Assembly (NCBI RefSeq): GCF_036365525.1
Contig: NC_090381.1
Coordinates: forward strand, 53,473,401-53,537,400
Source: Heterodontus francisci
Lineage: Eukaryota
Length of the DNA: 64,000 bases
Direction of reading: 5' to 3'
Below the pieces are notes generated by a model, which saw only the letters and a list, made by a program, of their open reading frames with translations, made no database searches and had not been told where the DNA came from. Shown one piece after another: positions 60,730 to 64,000 of the stretch. The position numbers were made by a program, and so were the translations under genes. How positions within the stretch are numbered: the stretch's first letter is position 1; every line of letters begins with the position of its first letter.

Positions 60730-62245
60730 ATTTACAGCACAGAAACAGGCCATTTAGTCCATCTGGTCTGTGCTGTTGTTTATGCTCTGTACAAGCCACT
60801 GCCTCCCACACTACTTCATTTAACCCTGTCTGCATATCTATTCCTTTCTCATATACTTATATTTACTGCCCCTAGTTTTGTACACATCAAGAGAAAACAT
60901 CTTCTCCACACCTAACCTATTGAGTCCCTTTATAACATAAAAGACTTCTGTTAGGTCACTCCCCAGCCTTATCTTTTCTAGAGAAAACAGCCTCAACCGA
61001 TACAGTCTTTCTTGATGGTTCCAACTTCTCAGTTCTAGTATCATCCTTTTAAATCTTTTTTGCACCTTCTCCAGTGCCTCTAAATTCTTTTTTTGTGATA
61101 TGGAGACATACCCAGTACCGTAAGTATGGACTAACCAAGTGTTATGAACTCTGGACTTGGTAGTATGATTGTGTTTTAAAAATTGTGATCTTTAATGCAG
61201 CATAAAAAGGATTTGGAGGACACGTGTAACCCCACACCAAGTCTGGACAGAGACAAGCCAGGGGTCTTGATTACCAATGACACAAGGAACCCAGATCGAA
61301 GACCCTTTGAAAGCAGAGTGAAAGTTTGTAACACCTGAAGGACAATGAGTTTCGCTCTCCCAGACTCTCATTATAAACGGAGCCAGGGGTTCTAAAAATG
61401 CAAATTCAATTGCAATTTGCTAACACCTGGAAGCAAAGGAAGACCCAGATAGTTTTGCTATGGCCAGACTTATGGACTCTATATATGGGAACGGTAAATG
61501 ACTATTGACTTTTGTTCTGGATAAATTAAGTAAGAGATGAAGACCAGTAGCGGCAGCCTCAAAAGAGAGCGAGAGGAAACTACAGTTCTCCAAGCACTGA
61601 TACAGCAAAAGGCTGCTAAGATTTAAACCCAGTTCAAAGGCTCGAAGTTTGTAGAGGAGAAAAGACAAACAGGGTCACAGAGATTGCCTTATTAACAGAA
61701 AACCAGTTGAGTGTGCTCAGAAGAAGTGAGTGAAGAGAACATTGGCTTTGTGAAGGTCTGGGAGTTCCAATCCATTGCAACTGGGAGGAGTTGGGACTTT
61801 TAACTGCAAGGATACCTTCTGGTTGAGAACACTGCAACGTATAAATGTGTGGGGTTTTCAAGTGTGTTGGTAAGCTAATGGGAAATAACTTTCTCTGTAA
61901 TTTAGTGCATTAACTACCTGGTAAGTACTGTTCAGTTAATGTTGATTTTTAGTTTAGTTGTTATAGTAAAAGTCTTGAAAAATTAAATCTTGCATAATTC
62001 TTTAAATTGGTCTGGGGAGTTCATATCTCTTGTCTTAAAGTTAACAGTCTCAAATGAGGTTGTAACACAAGTTTCTGTACAAGTTTAACATAACTTCCCT
62101 TCTCTTCAATTTAATTCCTCTAGACGTGAACCCCAATACTTTGTTTGCATTTTTACAGCCTTATTAACTTACATTGCTACTTGTAATGATTTGTGAACCC
62201 CTCAATCCCTTTGCTCCTCTACCCCATTTCGACTCTTGTTTCTTC
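60730..62245 (-). mobile_element. Decayed CR1 3' part interrupted by a solo LTR
   Basis: Minus ORF 60838-61065 (QERLYRLRLFSLEK..GSDLTEVF); CR1 sequence resumes after 62067. Confidence 0.7.
61140..62067. mobile_element. Solo LTR (928 bp)
   Basis: TGTTA...TAACA termini; 4-bp TSD CAAG at 61136-61139 and 62068-62071. Confidence 0.75.
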
Positions 62246-63634
62246 ATTCCTTGATGTCAGATGAAGACTCAGGACAGCACAGCACTTGTCTTGGAGTTGG
62301 GGTGGTGGCAGAGAGATAGTGCTAAGTATATATACTACAGTATATATGCACACACACATTTCTGAACCCCAGATATTGATTGCTAGTTTTTTTTCCTGAT
62401 TATTTTGTAGCTAAAATATCTCTCAAAATTGTGTGCGCATGCATGTGTGATCAGTTAAGATTGTTTGGAAGAATATTCATTTCTGAGGTACACAGTCTCA
62501 GCATTTGAATAAGGCCCTGAACCAGTCAAGCTTTGCTCAGCCAAACCCAAATATTTTAAAGCCATTAAAGTAACTTTCACAGCTATTGGTTGCTATTCGA
62601 GATAATGTTCAGTTTGATCTCAGCAAACAAGGAATTTGTATTTTCAAAGTGACTTCAAAGTGGAGGAGAAAATAAAATCACATTGATATTATGATGAGTA
62701 CGATCCATTTACTTCAAAAGCAAATGGCACCATCTGTGGAGAGAGTCACACTGACACAATTGATGCAACAGAAAAATATGAATTTATATTGCTTTCTTGT
62801 TCCTTCAGGGTCCCTCAAATGGTCCAAGTAGGAGTCTGCCAGTAGATGCATGGTAAAATGTGACTTCAGTACTCACTGATCAACAGTTGCATCATACATT
62901 TAATGCTGAGGCTTTCTCAACATTGTTCACACAAAGCTGAATGTTGATCAGATTTAGTTATTTTTCTTGACAGATGTTCTTGACTAGATTGGAGAACACG
63001 TTTACTTATAAATGACAGTGGTCCTTGCTTACTCTTGGGAACCAATTCCATAAGTTTTAATTTATCAATTGTGAAGTTATTTTTGTTACAGATGTAAAAA
63101 AATTCTCCTTTAATAATTTCTAATTTCTACATAAAATTCATATGTTGAGTGCCGGGAAACAATTCTTTGTAATTATGTTCTTTCAGAGCTTCATCCCTTC
63201 CATGAGGATTAATCGTCCATTGGGCTATCTTTCAGTGAAAAACTTTGCAAATTGACAGCTGTTTCAAATGCCAGTTTTATCAGACGAGGAGAGCCTCACT
63301 CTTGCTACAAGCAACATGAAAATCACAGAATATTGAAATCTCAAAAGAATCAGCTTCATTTTTGCATCAAAGCAACTTGCAACATGTTGAATATGCCAAT
63401 TTCAAGTTAGATTAATATAAAGTGACAGATATTAGAGTATTTCGAACTTAATTTACCAAATCAGAAAATTGCATATAAACCCAATGCAACCTTTTTAAAA
63501 AAAAGCTATCTGGGAAAGCTGAAACACTCAGAAAAATTGTTTTATATTTTATTCACTGAGGAAGATCATCCTCAAATGATATGATAACAGTATTTTACCT
63601 AACAAGTTGTAGAGTCTGTAATCTAATAGACATA

Positions 63635-64000
63635 TGTTCGCTGATGATTGCACAAATGCAAAAAGACCTGGACAGTAACCAGGTTTGGGCTGTTAAGTGA
63701 CAGGTAACATGCGCGCCACGCAAGTGCCAGGCAATGACCATCTCCCCATGACATTCAATGGCATTACAATCGCTGAATCCCTCACTATCAACATCCTGGG
63801 GTTGCCATTGACCAGAAACTGGAGTAGCCATATTAATACCGTGGCTACAAGAGCTGGTCAGAGGCTAGGAATCCTGCGGTGAGTTACTCACCACCTGACT
63901 CCCCAAAGTCTGTCCACCATTTACAAGGCACAAGTCAGGGGTGTGATGGAATACACTCCACTTGCCTGGATGGGTGCAGCTCCAACAACACTCAAGAAGC
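63635..64000 (+). mobile_element. Fragment of the LINE family seen at 16860-20105 (runs off the window)
   Basis: HLPMTFNGITIAES...WSSHINTVATRAGQRLGILR matches the 16918-18015 ORF. Confidence 0.85.

Noticed and set aside
49224-64000. RARRES1 or another gene downstream of GFM1
   Set aside because: No convincing exon homology was found by eye. Short AG...GT segments (for example near 58726-58777 minus and 62809-62852 plus) gave no recognisable peptide.

Overview
Vertebrate genomic DNA, most likely a cartilaginous fish (inferred from HE1/V-SINE-like SINEs, HER1/CR1 LINEs and other repeat families typical of sharks). The + strand carries the last six coding exons of GFM1 (mitochondrial elongation factor G1): 6184-6266, then 42819-49223. 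Its ~36.5-kb intron (6267-42818) holds a nested antisense latexin/RARRES1-family gene with exons readable at 29782-29714, 29439-~29388, 29247-29111, 29018-28956 and 28836-21019. The final exon runs in frame into a ~7.7-kb array of 24-bp units (302 identical core copies) encoding (GRERLGGA)n, so the predicted product is a ~2,700-aa protein with a latexin-type cystatin-fold head and a giant repeat tail. Exon 3 is truncated and no canonical exon 1 is recognisable, so pseudogene status is not excluded. The rest is mostly transposons: CR1 and RTE LINEs, Penelope-like elements with minimal hammerhead ribozyme motifs, a LINE with a tRNA-like head, two Gmr1-like Gypsy elements, solo LTRs, SINEs and TIR-bounded MITEs. 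Comparisons with human proteins and exon sizes are from memory, not from a database search.
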